From positions 14,815 through 78,814 of the forward strand of contig CAZSVL010000005.1 of assembly GCA_964610305.1 (NCBI GenBank): 64,000 nucleotides of DNA, in the 5' to 3' direction. Every line of letters begins with the position of its first letter. Position 1 is the first letter of the stretch. The stretch is from an uncultured Gammaproteobacteria bacterium. Lineage in GTDB: Bacteria; Patescibacteriota; Patescibacteriia; Magasanikbacterales; JBBTXJ01. A program made the translations under genes and the position numbers. Below, piece after piece: positions 26,512 through 36,352 of the stretch. A model generated the notes under the pieces. The model was not told where the DNA came from and made no database searches. It worked only from the letters and a program-made list of their open reading frames with translations.

Positions 26512-27401
26512 GCGATGAATTTAGAGGGGAAGATTTAGCTCCGTTAGTTTCTTATTTAACAGAGTACAGAGACTGTCTTGTGTGCGGCAGTGATAACAAT
26601 GAACTGTGGGCTAGTTTTGGTGTCTATAAAGCTGTTCAATGTAGCGACTGCAGTTTTGTTTGGATGAATCCATTTTGTAACAATCGAGGACTCAGCTTTT
26701 ATTATAGAGATTACATTGGCAAAAGGCGGTTGTCTGATGGGAAGAAAATGGAGCAGCGTGCCATCCAGTATCAGGAGGATGGTCGCTTTTTGGAAAATTT
26801 TGTGAAAGAAGGAAAGCTGCTGGATGTGGGATGTAATGGTGGCTTTTTTTTGGCATCACTTTCATCGGGTTTTGATAAGCATGGGGTAGAGATAGACATG
26901 CACGCCGTCATGTATGCGCGAGAACATCATAGATTTGGCAGCCAAGTGCTTTGCGTTGATTTAATGGAGTCTCCATATGAGAATGAGAGTTTTGATGTTA
27001 TCACCATGCGCGGCACAATAGAGCACATGCCTAATCCGGCGGGCGCCATTGAGAAAATTAGCAGCTTGCTAAAACCGGGGGGGTATTATTACGTCACCGC
27101 AACCCCAAATGTAGACAGTCCGGCGGCGCGCATATATCGGGAGCAATGGACGCTTTTTCATCCCGTGCAACATATTTATCATTTCAGTCCGCGAACCCTC
27201 TCTATTTTGTGCGAGCGATTTGATCTGGAATTGATTGCGGAGAGTTTTCCGTATGAGCAGACGCCTTATGCTGATGTTCCCAATGATGTGTCTGCAATTA
27301 TTGATGCAAAACGCCTGCGCGAAGCTGGAGAATCGTTGCCCGTGAGTGGGCCGTTTTGGGGTAGTATGATGAGTCTTGTTTTCAGAAAGAAGAATTTATG
27401 A
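26508..27401 (+). CDS. class I SAM-dependent methyltransferase with N-terminal CxxC...CxxC zinc ribbon
   Basis: Motif I LLDVGCNGGFF and LKPGGYYYV. N-terminal CLVCGS...CSDCSF. Confidence 0.65.
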   Translation: MSDEFRGEDLAPLVSYLTEYRDCLVCGSDNNELWASFGVYKAVQCSDCSFVWMNPFCNNRGLSFYYRDYIGKRRLSDGKKMEQRAIQYQEDGRFLENFVKEGKLLDVGCNGGFFLASLSSGFDKHGVEIDMHAVMYAREHHRFGSQVLCVDLMESPYENESFDVITMRGTIEHMPNPAGAIEKISSLLKPGGYYYVTATPNVDSPAARIYREQWTLFHPVQHIYHFSPRTLSILCERFDLELIAESFPYEQTPYADVPNDVSAIIDAKRLREAGESLPVSGPFWGSMMSLVFRKKNL

Positions 27402-29077
27402 CAATGCGGGAGTACAACCGGAGTTCATCACCGCGAATACTCGGTGTTATTTTAGCGCGCGGCGGATCTAAGGGTGTGCCACGAAAAAATATCAAGCCAC
27501 TTTTGGGCAAGCCTCTTATAGCATATACCATTGAGGAAGGTCTCAAATCCACTCACCTTACTGATTTGATCGTCTCTACTGAAGATAAGGAAATATCAGA
27601 CGTTGCAAAACAATGTGGCGCGCGCGTTCCTTTTGTTCGCCCTGATCATTTGGCAACAGACAACGCAACATCAAAAGCATGCTTGCAACACGCGGTTACA
27701 GAAATGGAAAAAATTACTGGCGAAAAATATGATTACATAATTGAGTTGATGTGCACCAATCCGCTTAAGAGTGTCCAGGACATTGATGCCATAATAGAGA
27801 AGCTGATTGAGACGCGGGCGGATTCCGTAATTGGTGTTGTCCAGCTTGACGACCATCATCCGGCAAGGATCAAAAAAATTGTGGATGATAGAATAGTGGA
27901 TTTTTGTATCCCGGAGCCAAACGGAGCGCGCAGGCAAGATCTAAAACCAGAGGCATACATTAGAAACGGCAGTATTTATGCCATGAAGCGTGATGTGCTC
28001 ATGATTCAAGACCGGCGGTATGGCACGCCAGATTCCAGGCCATACATTTTTCCTCCAGAGCGCTCCGTAAATATAGATAATAAAATAGATTGGGATATGG
28101 TGGAGCGCCGTATGTCAGAAGGAGCTGGTCAGAAGATACTATGCGCAACACCCATAAAGCATTTGAAAGGGGTATATGAATTGTTAGAGCAAGCTGGCCC
28201 AGTTTTGTACCACCCCTATATAAAAAAAGAGGAACTGACATCTTTGCTAAAGAGTGATCAAAGCATAACGGCACTTTTTGTAAATCCAAATAAAATGGGT
28301 TTTGTACTGGATCGGTCTGTGCTTAGCAATACGGGTGTAAAAGTCATCAATACCGCCTCAACCGGGCTCAATCATATTGCAGTAGAGCAAGTGCGGGAAC
28401 TGGGGATAGACATTCTATCTCTTACTGAAGATCGTCACATTATTGAACAGCTACCCTCTACCAGCGAGCTAGCTTTTGGTTTGATGTTGTCTCTGCTTCG
28501 TCCCATTGGGCCGTCTTTTGATTCTGTTAAATCAGGAAAGTGGGACTACGAGCCGTTTATGGGTCATCAGGTTCGTGGGTTAACCCTTGGGGTAATTGGA
28601 TACGGAAGATTGGGCAGTCTTATGGCTGAATACGGAAAAGCATTTGGTATGCGTGTGCTCGTTTATGATCCTCTTAAAAAAATTGATGGAGTTGAGCAAG
28701 TGGCGCTGAGTGTTTTGCTTGAAAACTCAGACGCGGTGTCTTTGCATGTTCATGTGAGCGATCAGACCAGAGGCATGATAAGCGCTTCTGCCATCAGGAC
28801 TATGAAAAAAGGTGCTGTTTTAATTAACACCTCCAGAGGTGAGATTGTGGACGAGCATGCTCTAACAGACGCTTTGCGGTCTGGACACCTAGGCGGTTAT
28901 GGTACTGATGTTTTGGCTGATGAGTTTGAAGACATAGAAAAAAGTCCACTTTTGACAGCTGCCAGAGACGGTTTGCCGGTGATTGTTACGCCACACATAG
29001 GAGGAATGACGTGGGAAGGTCAACAGCTTGCCTTTTCTCATGCTGCTAGAAAGTTTTTGAATAAGGAAAACGTATGA
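27398..29077 (+). CDS. bifunctional: N-terminal CMP-nonulosonate cytidylyltransferase (NeuA-like) fused to C-terminal D-isomer-specific 2-hydroxyacid dehydrogenase NAD-binding domain
   Basis: N-terminal GVILARGGSKGVPRKNIKPLLGKPLIAYTI is a CTP_transf_3 signature. C-terminal GVIGYGRLGSLMAEYGKAFGMRVLVYD Rossmann plus LINTSRGEIVDEHAL...HIGG is typical of 2-Hacid_dh. Confidence 0.7.
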   Translation: MTMREYNRSSSPRILGVILARGGSKGVPRKNIKPLLGKPLIAYTIEEGLKSTHLTDLIVSTEDKEISDVAKQCGARVPFVRPDHLATDNATSKACLQHAVTEMEKITGEKYDYIIELMCTNPLKSVQDIDAIIEKLIETRADSVIGVVQLDDHHPARIKKIVDDRIVDFCIPEPNGARRQDLKPEAYIRNGSIYAMKRDVLMIQDRRYGTPDSRPYIFPPERSVNIDNKIDWDMVERRMSEGAGQKILCATPIKHLKGVYELLEQAGPVLYHPYIKKEELTSLLKSDQSITALFVNPNKMGFVLDRSVLSNTGVKVINTASTGLNHIAVEQVRELGIDILSLTEDRHIIEQLPSTSELAFGLMLSLLRPIGPSFDSVKSGKWDYEPFMGHQVRGLTLGVIGYGRLGSLMAEYGKAFGMRVLVYDPLKKIDGVEQVALSVLLENSDAVSLHVHVSDQTRGMISASAIRTMKKGAVLINTSRGEIVDEHALTDALRSGHLGGYGTDVLADEFEDIEKSPLLTAARDGLPVIVTPHIGGMTWEGQQLAFSHAARKFLNKENV

Positions 29078-29991
29078 TTTCATCCGAGGTTATTCAAAAT
29101 GGACCGGGCAGATCTAGCAGGGTAGATGCCATCAGGCAAAGATTGGTGCGTTGGATTTCTCCAGCCAAGAGAGACAATCTTGCGGTGGTGTTAACCGCCA
29201 CTGTTCAGGTTCCCAGCGGGGTTCATATAAAAAGAACCAATACAGAGCTTCGCCACGATGATTATAAATGGGCTCTTAAAAAATGGCTTGGAAATCAATC
29301 CAGTGTTTCCAAGTTGGTGTTTGTTGAGAATTCTGGGTTTCCGCTGGATGAGCTGAAGGAAATTGCGCAGCACCACAATCCGTACGGCAAACGAGTAGAG
29401 TTTTTATCATTTGATTCAAGTGGAAGACAAAATAGAGACAAGAGTTTTGGGGAATTGATGATTATGCGCTACGCATTGGATAATTCTGTGCTTGTTGCAG
29501 AATCTGACTACATTGCTGAGGTTGGTGGGCGCGTATTTATCAGAAATTTCGACGCAATCATAAAAAGGATTCCAGAGCAGTTTGATGTTATCAGCTGCTG
29601 GCTTGGGAATTTTTCTAATGCCGATCTCAATTTGATTCTCATGAAAAAGAGCTTTTTTGATGAGCGCATTTTTCCGTATTTATCACGTTTTATTGATGTG
29701 GATAGAACGCTATCATATTTTGAGCGAGAATTTTCCAAGGCGGTGCATCTGTCTTTGGCTGATGATTATAGGTGGTATCCCTATCCCGTAGAGCCGTGGG
29801 TGCAAGGCATTGGCGGCGCCAAGAATAAATCTTATGGGCGCGGATTTTGGTACGTGATTAAGGGAACAATTATTACACGGCTGTTTTGCAGACAGTACAA
29901 AATGTCTCACGGTTACAACAGGAAACATATACTAGATATTTGGGACATAAAACCAGAGGCAAGACATAATTCTGTATTAAAGGTTCTATGA
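29074..29991 (+). CDS. hypothetical protein; stand-alone paralog of the C-terminal domain of the 933-aa protein at 39752..42553
   Basis: Shared blocks: KLVFVENSG vs KIVFVDNSA; VEFLSF; GRVFIRNFDAII vs GRVFVRNIDAIV; DYRWYPYPVEPWVQGIGGAKNKSY vs DYRWFPYSHEPVLQGMSGTKNISY. Confidence 0.45.
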   Translation: MISSEVIQNGPGRSSRVDAIRQRLVRWISPAKRDNLAVVLTATVQVPSGVHIKRTNTELRHDDYKWALKKWLGNQSSVSKLVFVENSGFPLDELKEIAQHHNPYGKRVEFLSFDSSGRQNRDKSFGELMIMRYALDNSVLVAESDYIAEVGGRVFIRNFDAIIKRIPEQFDVISCWLGNFSNADLNLILMKKSFFDERIFPYLSRFIDVDRTLSYFEREFSKAVHLSLADDYRWYPYPVEPWVQGIGGAKNKSYGRGFWYVIKGTIITRLFCRQYKMSHGYNRKHILDIWDIKPEARHNSVLKVL

Positions 29992-30443
29992 TATCCGGTG
30001 TTATAACAAAAGATATTGTTGAGCACCATGATGATCGTGGTTATTTTTCAGAATTAGTAAAAATGGGAGAGCCTACTTTTAAAGGTATAGCTCAGACCAG
30101 TTTTTCTCAGACTCATCCGGGTGTTATAAAGGCATTTCATTGGCATAAAAAAACCACGGAGATGTGGTGTCCTCTTTTTGGGAGCGCTCAAATTGTTCTC
30201 TATGATTTAAGAGAAGGGAGCCCAACACAGGGAGAGACTAATGTTTTTTACGGCGGTGGTAGAGCGCGCAAAATTATTGTAATACCGCCAGGCGTGGCTC
30301 ATGGCTACCGCGTTTTAGGTTCTGAGCCGCTGGGAATGCTTTATCACGCAAGTATCCCATATGATCCAAGTGCGCCCGACGAGTTCAGAATACCATTTGA
30401 TCACCCTCAAATAAATTTTGACTGGAAAACGCACCATCGTTGA
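29988..30443 (+). CDS. RmlC-like cupin sugar-nucleotide 3,5-epimerase / ketoisomerase family protein
   Basis: DDRGYFSEL, catalytic HxH region (FHWHKK), and IPPGVAHGYRVLG match the dTDP-4-dehydrorhamnose 3,5-epimerase fold. Confidence 0.6.
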   Translation: MISGVITKDIVEHHDDRGYFSELVKMGEPTFKGIAQTSFSQTHPGVIKAFHWHKKTTEMWCPLFGSAQIVLYDLREGSPTQGETNVFYGGGRARKIIVIPPGVAHGYRVLGSEPLGMLYHASIPYDPSAPDEFRIPFDHPQINFDWKTHHR

Positions 30444-30444
30444 T

Positions 30445-31401
30445 ATGTCTGCACAAAAAAACATTTTAGTTTTGGGTGCTGCAGGTTTTTTGGGATCCAA
30501 TATGATACGGCGCGTTTTGCTGGAAGATAATGTATCAGTTACCGCCGTGGATTCTTTGGATCCGGATTTGTACAGCTCTATGGATAATTTGAATGGAGTA
30601 CTGGACAAGATTACTTTTTTGCAAAAGGATGTTACCAATCCTAAAGTATTGCGAGAGATAATTCCTAATCACGATATTATTTTTTGCTGTGCTGCACAAA
30701 CGTCTCATTTAAGATCAGTGCAAGATCCTCTTTATGATGCAAAAGTGAATTGTATTGGCATTCTTATGCTGCTTGAAGCAGTGCGCACCCTTAATCCAGA
30801 AGCAACGGTTGTCTATCCGTCTACCAGCACCATAGTGGGGAAAGCATTTTCTGATGTCATTGATGAGAATCATAGAGAAAGGCCACTGGATATATATTCG
30901 GCAAACAAAGCAGCGGCCGATAAGTATTTTCAAATTTATCATTCGCTGCATGGGCTGAAAACCATCATACTTCGTTTCGCAAATTTGTATGGACCAGGAG
31001 GTAAGCCCTATCCCATTTTTGGTTTTATGAATTATTTTATTAGCCTAGCAGCTCAGGACAAGTCCATAACGGTTTATGGAGATGGGGCCCAAAAGAGAAA
31101 CACCATGTACATTGATGATGCAACGGACATAATGTGGTCGGCTGCTCACAATCCGCAACTAATTGGAGATCCTTATTATGCGGTTGCTGATGAGCATCAT
31201 AGTGTAGCAGATATTGCCAAACTCATGGTTCAGGTTTTCAAAAAGGGAAGTGTTGAGTTTATTCCGTGGCCAGACATAAGAAAAAAAATAGAGATAGAAC
31301 ATGTGCGCATTTCTCCAGCCGCTCTGCACAGAAGGACGGGGTGGAAGGCGCGTTATAGTCTGCAGGAGGGTCTAAAAAAAACAGCTGCGCATTATGATTG
31401 A
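30445..31401 (+). CDS. NAD-dependent epimerase/dehydratase (extended SDR)
   Basis: Rossmann ILVLGAAGFLGSN and YSANKAAADKY (YxxxK). ATG at 30445 sits directly after the upstream stop; track start 30418. Confidence 0.7.
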   Translation: MSAQKNILVLGAAGFLGSNMIRRVLLEDNVSVTAVDSLDPDLYSSMDNLNGVLDKITFLQKDVTNPKVLREIIPNHDIIFCCAAQTSHLRSVQDPLYDAKVNCIGILMLLEAVRTLNPEATVVYPSTSTIVGKAFSDVIDENHRERPLDIYSANKAAADKYFQIYHSLHGLKTIILRFANLYGPGGKPYPIFGFMNYFISLAAQDKSITVYGDGAQKRNTMYIDDATDIMWSAAHNPQLIGDPYYAVADEHHSVADIAKLMVQVFKKGSVEFIPWPDIRKKIEIEHVRISPAALHRRTGWKARYSLQEGLKKTAAHYD

Positions 31402-32335
31402 AGACAAGCCAATCGTTATAACGGGAGCCTTAGGTCATATTGGATCTGGCTTTATTCATAGAGGAATTACGCCGGGCGAGCATTTTATTTTGATAGACGA
31501 TTTAAGCTCTCAGCGATATGCCAGTATTTTTGGTCTACCAAAAGAGGCGCGGTATACCTTTATACAAGGCGATATAAATGAGATGGATTTTCAAGTAATT
31601 GAAGGTGCGCGTGTTGTTATTCATTTGGCGGCCATAACTGACGCTGCTAGCTCTCATGATAAAGCCCAGGAGGTGGAGCGCGTAAATTATGTGGGTCTAA
31701 AGCGCGTAGCTGACGCATGTTTGCAACATGGTGTACCGCTTATTTTTCCCTCAACCACATCGGTATATGGAAGCCAGGCACAACGCGTAGATGAGACGTG
31801 TAGAGAGTTGGCGCCGCAGAGTCCGTACGCGCAGGCAAAGCTTCAATCAGAAGAATATTTAAGGCACCTGCAAAGCCAAGGCTTAAAATTTGTGATCTGT
31901 AGATTTGGAACTATATTTGGTCCTTCTGCTGGATGGCGTTTTCATACGGCCGTTAACAAGTTTATCTGGCAAGCCGTAAATGGTCAGCCACTTACGGTTT
32001 GGAAAACGGCATGGCAACAACGAAGACCGTACTTAGATTTAGCGGATGCCATAGCTGCGCTCAGATTGATTATAGATAAGAATATCTATGATGGGCATAT
32101 CTATAACGTGCTCACTGCAAATTACACCGTGGAAGATATAGTAAAAAGCATTAAGAAATATGTGCCAAGCGTTAAAGTTAGTTACGTGGATAGCCCCATT
32201 ATGAATCAGCTGTCTTATGATGTTGATGGAAAGAAATTTGAGACGCAAGGATACTGCCCTCAAGGAAGTCTGGATTTAGGTATTTTTAATTCACTGCAAC
32301 AATTAAAAGGAATCAGCTCTACCTATGAATATTAA
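31394..32335 (+). CDS. NAD-dependent epimerase/dehydratase family protein (extended SDR)
   Basis: IVITGALGHIGSG Rossmann and YAQAKLQSE YxxxK. Confidence 0.65.
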   Translation: MIEDKPIVITGALGHIGSGFIHRGITPGEHFILIDDLSSQRYASIFGLPKEARYTFIQGDINEMDFQVIEGARVVIHLAAITDAASSHDKAQEVERVNYVGLKRVADACLQHGVPLIFPSTTSVYGSQAQRVDETCRELAPQSPYAQAKLQSEEYLRHLQSQGLKFVICRFGTIFGPSAGWRFHTAVNKFIWQAVNGQPLTVWKTAWQQRRPYLDLADAIAALRLIIDKNIYDGHIYNVLTANYTVEDIVKSIKKYVPSVKVSYVDSPIMNQLSYDVDGKKFETQGYCPQGSLDLGIFNSLQQLKGISSTYEY

Positions 32336-33494
32336 ACTTCAGCCTGTCATTGATTTTGGCATGATGCCTATTGCCAATGCTTTTGTTAAGCCGGGCCAAG
32401 TACGCGACGAGTATTTTTATAATATGGTGGTTGGCTATGATCCTCAGACGCATGCCATTGGATTATGTAATACCGTACCACCAGAGAAAATGTTTCATGA
32501 TGAGTATGCTTTTTTTTCTTCAACCTCAAAGGCAATGCAGCAGCATTTTTTTGACACTGCTGTTAGACTTTTGCCCTATGCAAAAGAAGGCATGGTTGTT
32601 GAGGTGGGGAGCAATGACGGGATTATGCTGGATGCGTGGAAGCATTTGGGTGTGCGCGCCATTGGGGTAGAGCCTTCAGGAAATGTAGCAGAAGAATCTA
32701 GAAAAAGAGGTCACAGCGTCTTGTCAGAGTTTATGAGTGAGCAAACCGTTGATACGATATTGCAGAAAGGAAAAGTGAGTTTGGTTTTTGGAGCCAACGT
32801 ATCGTGCCATATAGAAGATTTTATTTCTTACATAAAGTGCGTCACAAGACTCATAGGAAAAGAAGGTGTATTTGTTTTTGAGGATCCGTATTTTTTGGAC
32901 ATGGTTGCCAAGACCTCATATGACCAAGTTTATGATGAACATCTATGGTATTTTACGGTTAGTTTTATGAACAAGGTGCTAGCGCCAATGGGGTATCATG
33001 TTTTTGATGCAGAACATATTGGCGTGCATGGTGGACAACTGCGTATGTTTGTAGGCCACAAGGATTCTTTTGAAAAAACAGGAGCTGTTGATTACTGGTT
33101 GTCTTTAGAGCATGATCTTCCTACCAAGTTGGCTTTCTTTAAACACAATATAGAGAAGTCAAAAACAGCTTTGGTAGATTTATTGTATGGGCAGAAGAAG
33201 GCGGGAAAGCGGATGTGTGGTTTTGGCGCAAGCTCTAAGGGTGTTATTGTCGCAAATTACTGCGGTATTGGTCCAGACCTTTTGCCCTTCATCACAGACA
33301 ACACCCCAATCAAGCAAGGAACGTTATATCCGGGAGTCCACATACCGGTTGTTCCACAGGAGCAGTTTAAAAACGTAGATGTGGCCGTGCTGTTTGCGTG
33401 GAATCATTTTAAAGAGATAGATAGAAGTCAAAGAGATTTTCGTGATAGAGGTGGGCAATGGATTACCCACGTTCCTACTCCTAGAATTCTATGA
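32325..33494 (+). CDS. putative sugar C-methyltransferase / SAM-dependent methyltransferase (TylCIII-like architecture)
   Basis: N-terminal LQPVIDFGMMPIANAF resembles NDP-hexose C-methyltransferase N-terminal domains. MVVEVGSNDGIMLD is motif I. Family assignment is tentative. Confidence 0.5.
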   Translation: MNIKLQPVIDFGMMPIANAFVKPGQVRDEYFYNMVVGYDPQTHAIGLCNTVPPEKMFHDEYAFFSSTSKAMQQHFFDTAVRLLPYAKEGMVVEVGSNDGIMLDAWKHLGVRAIGVEPSGNVAEESRKRGHSVLSEFMSEQTVDTILQKGKVSLVFGANVSCHIEDFISYIKCVTRLIGKEGVFVFEDPYFLDMVAKTSYDQVYDEHLWYFTVSFMNKVLAPMGYHVFDAEHIGVHGGQLRMFVGHKDSFEKTGAVDYWLSLEHDLPTKLAFFKHNIEKSKTALVDLLYGQKKAGKRMCGFGASSKGVIVANYCGIGPDLLPFITDNTPIKQGTLYPGVHIPVVPQEQFKNVDVAVLFAWNHFKEIDRSQRDFRDRGGQWITHVPTPRIL

Positions 33495-34567
33495 CCGTGC
33501 CTTTTATTGATTTAAGGCAGGAGGCCGCTCAGATAAAATCTGATTATCTTTCTATTGTTTCAGAGATTCTTGACAGCGGATATTTCATGTTGGGGCAGCA
33601 CGTTGAGAAATTTGAAAAGGCTTTTGCTTTGAGACAAGGCGTGGCTCATTGTGTTGGTTTGAGCGCTGGGGCAGACGCTCTTTATTTGGCACTGCATACT
33701 TTGGGTATTGGCCAGGGGGATGAGGTAATTGTTCAAGGAAACGCATACAATGCCAGCGTTACCGCCATTTTAAGAGTAGGTGCCACGCCTGTTTTTGTTG
33801 ATGTGGATCTGCAGACAGCACGCATGATGACCGGCCAAATTGAGGCCGTCATTACTGAAAGAACTAAAGCGATAATGCCGGTACATTTGTACGGGCAGAG
33901 CAACAACATGGCCGCCATATCTCTTATTGCAAAGCAGCATGGTCTAAGGATCATAGAGGATTGCGCTCAGGCACATGACGCTCTTTGGGATGGAAAGCCC
34001 GTGGGTAGCTATTCAGACATTGCGGTGTTTAGTTTTTATCCGACAAAAAATTTGGGCGCCTTTGGAGATGCTGGTTGTATTGTTACCAACAATTGGGATC
34101 ATGCGGAGAAAATAAGAGCTTTGCGCAATCTTGGACAAGCTAAGAAAAATGATCACATATATGAAGGTTACAATATGCGTATGGACGTATTTGAGGCGGC
34201 GTGTCTTAATTTAAAAATGGAGCACTTATCATCATATACGCAAGCGCGGATTTCAGCCGCACAGTTTTACCACCAGAATCTAAAAAGTGTTACTCCTTTG
34301 GGGCAGGATCCTCGTGCGCAGCATGTCTATCATCTGTATGTAGTAGTGTGTGATGATCGTCAGAAAATAATAGATGCGCTAGAAAAAAAAGATATAGGCT
34401 ACGCCATTCATTATCCTCTCCCGGTTTATGATCAGCCTTTTTTTAAAGGAGAGCGACCAGACTGTCCAAATACTGATAGGCTTTGCAAAAGCATTTTGTC
34501 TCTCCCACTTTTTTCTAATATTAGTCAAGATCAGCAGCAAGAAGTTGTTGCTGCATTATCCATATGA
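33491..34567 (+). CDS. DegT/DnrJ/EryC1/StrS family PLP-dependent sugar aminotransferase
   Basis: FSFYPTKNLGAFGDAGCIVTNN, with the Lys in the PLP motif, and overall layout. Confidence 0.8.
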   Translation: MTVPFIDLRQEAAQIKSDYLSIVSEILDSGYFMLGQHVEKFEKAFALRQGVAHCVGLSAGADALYLALHTLGIGQGDEVIVQGNAYNASVTAILRVGATPVFVDVDLQTARMMTGQIEAVITERTKAIMPVHLYGQSNNMAAISLIAKQHGLRIIEDCAQAHDALWDGKPVGSYSDIAVFSFYPTKNLGAFGDAGCIVTNNWDHAEKIRALRNLGQAKKNDHIYEGYNMRMDVFEAACLNLKMEHLSSYTQARISAAQFYHQNLKSVTPLGQDPRAQHVYHLYVVVCDDRQKIIDALEKKDIGYAIHYPLPVYDQPFFKGERPDCPNTDRLCKSILSLPLFSNISQDQQQEVVAALSI

Positions 34568-35235
34568 ATGAAACAACAAGAATCGTCTCGTATGATCATC
34601 ACAACTTTCCCTTTGCTCCGATAACAGTCAATAATTTTAATACAGAACTTCCAGCACAAGTAACGGATCTTGGTGAGCTTCATGCTGTTGTCAAACGAAT
34701 GGGAATTGAATATGGTCCTATAACATCTGAGTCCTCTCAACAAAGCATTTTTCACGATCTGCACTACAAGTATCAGGAAGAAATGTTCTTGCCCTTGTAT
34801 CGCCGCTTTGTTAAAGAGGTAATTCATCCGCTATATGGTGAGCCAATAGTCTATCAAGCACGGCCAACTTTTAGAGTTCATCTTGTGGGCAACATGGCGG
34901 TGTCTGAGTTTCATAAGGATGGAGATTACAACCACCTTCCGGCGGAGCTTAATTTTTGGGTACCGCTGACACGCGTGTTTGATACTAATGCTGTGTGGAT
35001 TGAAAGTGAGGTGGGGGCGGCGGACTTTAAACCTCATGAGCTAAATTACGGACAGATGCTTATTTTTAAAGGAGTGGCATTAGATCATGGAAACAAGTCA
35101 AACACGACAGACAAAACACGGGTCAGCTTTGACTTTAGAGCTCTGCCCAAGAGGGATTTTGTAGAAACGGGAAAAACAACGCTTACTCAAAAAGTGCCGC
35201 TAGAGATTGGTGGCTACTATGATGTTATACAATAG
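34564..35235 (+). CDS. hypothetical protein (possible cupin/dioxygenase-like fold)
   Basis: No clear motif. HKDGDYNHLP...FRVHLVG hints at a metal-binding cupin. Sits inside the glycan cluster. Confidence 0.35.
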   Translation: MNETTRIVSYDHHNFPFAPITVNNFNTELPAQVTDLGELHAVVKRMGIEYGPITSESSQQSIFHDLHYKYQEEMFLPLYRRFVKEVIHPLYGEPIVYQARPTFRVHLVGNMAVSEFHKDGDYNHLPAELNFWVPLTRVFDTNAVWIESEVGAADFKPHELNYGQMLIFKGVALDHGNKSNTTDKTRVSFDFRALPKRDFVETGKTTLTQKVPLEIGGYYDVIQ

Positions 35236-35236
35236 T

Positions 35237-36352
35237 ATGAGCACGCATAATATAAGAATGGCTGATCCGTGGATTACAGAGCACGAGGTCTCAACTGTGA
35301 CAGACATGATGAGAAATGGCTGGAAGAATTATGATTACGTGGAAAAGTTTGAGCCAGCATTTGCCCGTTATCATGATAGAGTCTATGGGATCATGACTCC
35401 CAATTGTACTTCTGCACTTCATCTACTTTTGCTTGCTTTGGGCATAGAGCAAGGAGATGAGGTTATTGTGCCGGAGTGCACGTGGACAGGATCAGTTGCG
35501 CCTATTACTTATGTTGGTGCGGTTCCTGTTTTTTGTGACATTCAGGTAGATAATTGGTGTTTGGATCCGGATTCTGTTGTCGGGAGAATTACAGAAAAAA
35601 CCAAGGCTATTATTGCGGTAGATCTGTATGGAAATATGCCAGATATGGATCGTTTGCAAGCTATCTGTGATGAGCGCGGAATTTATTTGATAGAAGATGC
35701 GGCAGAGGCTTTAGGATCTAAGTATAAAGGAAAGAGGGCTGGAGCTTTTGGTGTGGGAAGTGTGTTTAGTTTTCACAGAACCAAAACGCTGACAACGGGA
35801 GAGGGCGGGATGTTGCTCCTTGATGATCAAAAGCTATATGAGCGGGCTATGTTCTTGCGGGATCACGGGAGATCAAAGACTGTGTCTTATTACACACTTG
35901 AGGCTACGCCAAAATATATGCCGTCAAATTTGCAGGCGGCTATAGGTTATGCTCAATTTGAGCGACTAGGAGAGTTGGTGGCCAGAAAACGCGAGATTTT
36001 CTTTGGATACAAACAGCGTTTGGCAGATGTGGCGGATATTACCATGAATGAAGAGTCTGAAAACGTCTATAACGGTGTATGGGCGCCATCTGTTGTTTTT
36101 GGATCAAAGCACGGTGTCAGCAAACAGATGGTAATGGCCGGGCTTAAAAAACAAGGGTTGCCATCAAGGCCGTTTTTCTATCCCATGTCTATGCTGCCGG
36201 CATATGCGTGCTACGGTAGTGGAGATTCGGTTAGAAATCCTGTTGCTTATGACGTAAGCGCGCGGGGCATAACGCTACCAGCGGCTTATGATATAACAGA
36301 AGATCAAATGGATATCTATTGTGCCGGCATAAAAAATATTTTACATGGCTGA
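35237..36352 (+). CDS. DegT/DnrJ/EryC1/StrS family PLP-dependent sugar aminotransferase (second copy)
   Basis: VFSFHRTKTLTTGEGGMLLLDD motif. ATG 35237 sits directly after the upstream stop; track start 35207. Confidence 0.8.
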   Translation: MSTHNIRMADPWITEHEVSTVTDMMRNGWKNYDYVEKFEPAFARYHDRVYGIMTPNCTSALHLLLLALGIEQGDEVIVPECTWTGSVAPITYVGAVPVFCDIQVDNWCLDPDSVVGRITEKTKAIIAVDLYGNMPDMDRLQAICDERGIYLIEDAAEALGSKYKGKRAGAFGVGSVFSFHRTKTLTTGEGGMLLLDDQKLYERAMFLRDHGRSKTVSYYTLEATPKYMPSNLQAAIGYAQFERLGELVARKREIFFGYKQRLADVADITMNEESENVYNGVWAPSVVFGSKHGVSKQMVMAGLKKQGLPSRPFFYPMSMLPAYACYGSGDSVRNPVAYDVSARGITLPAAYDITEDQMDIYCAGIKNILHG

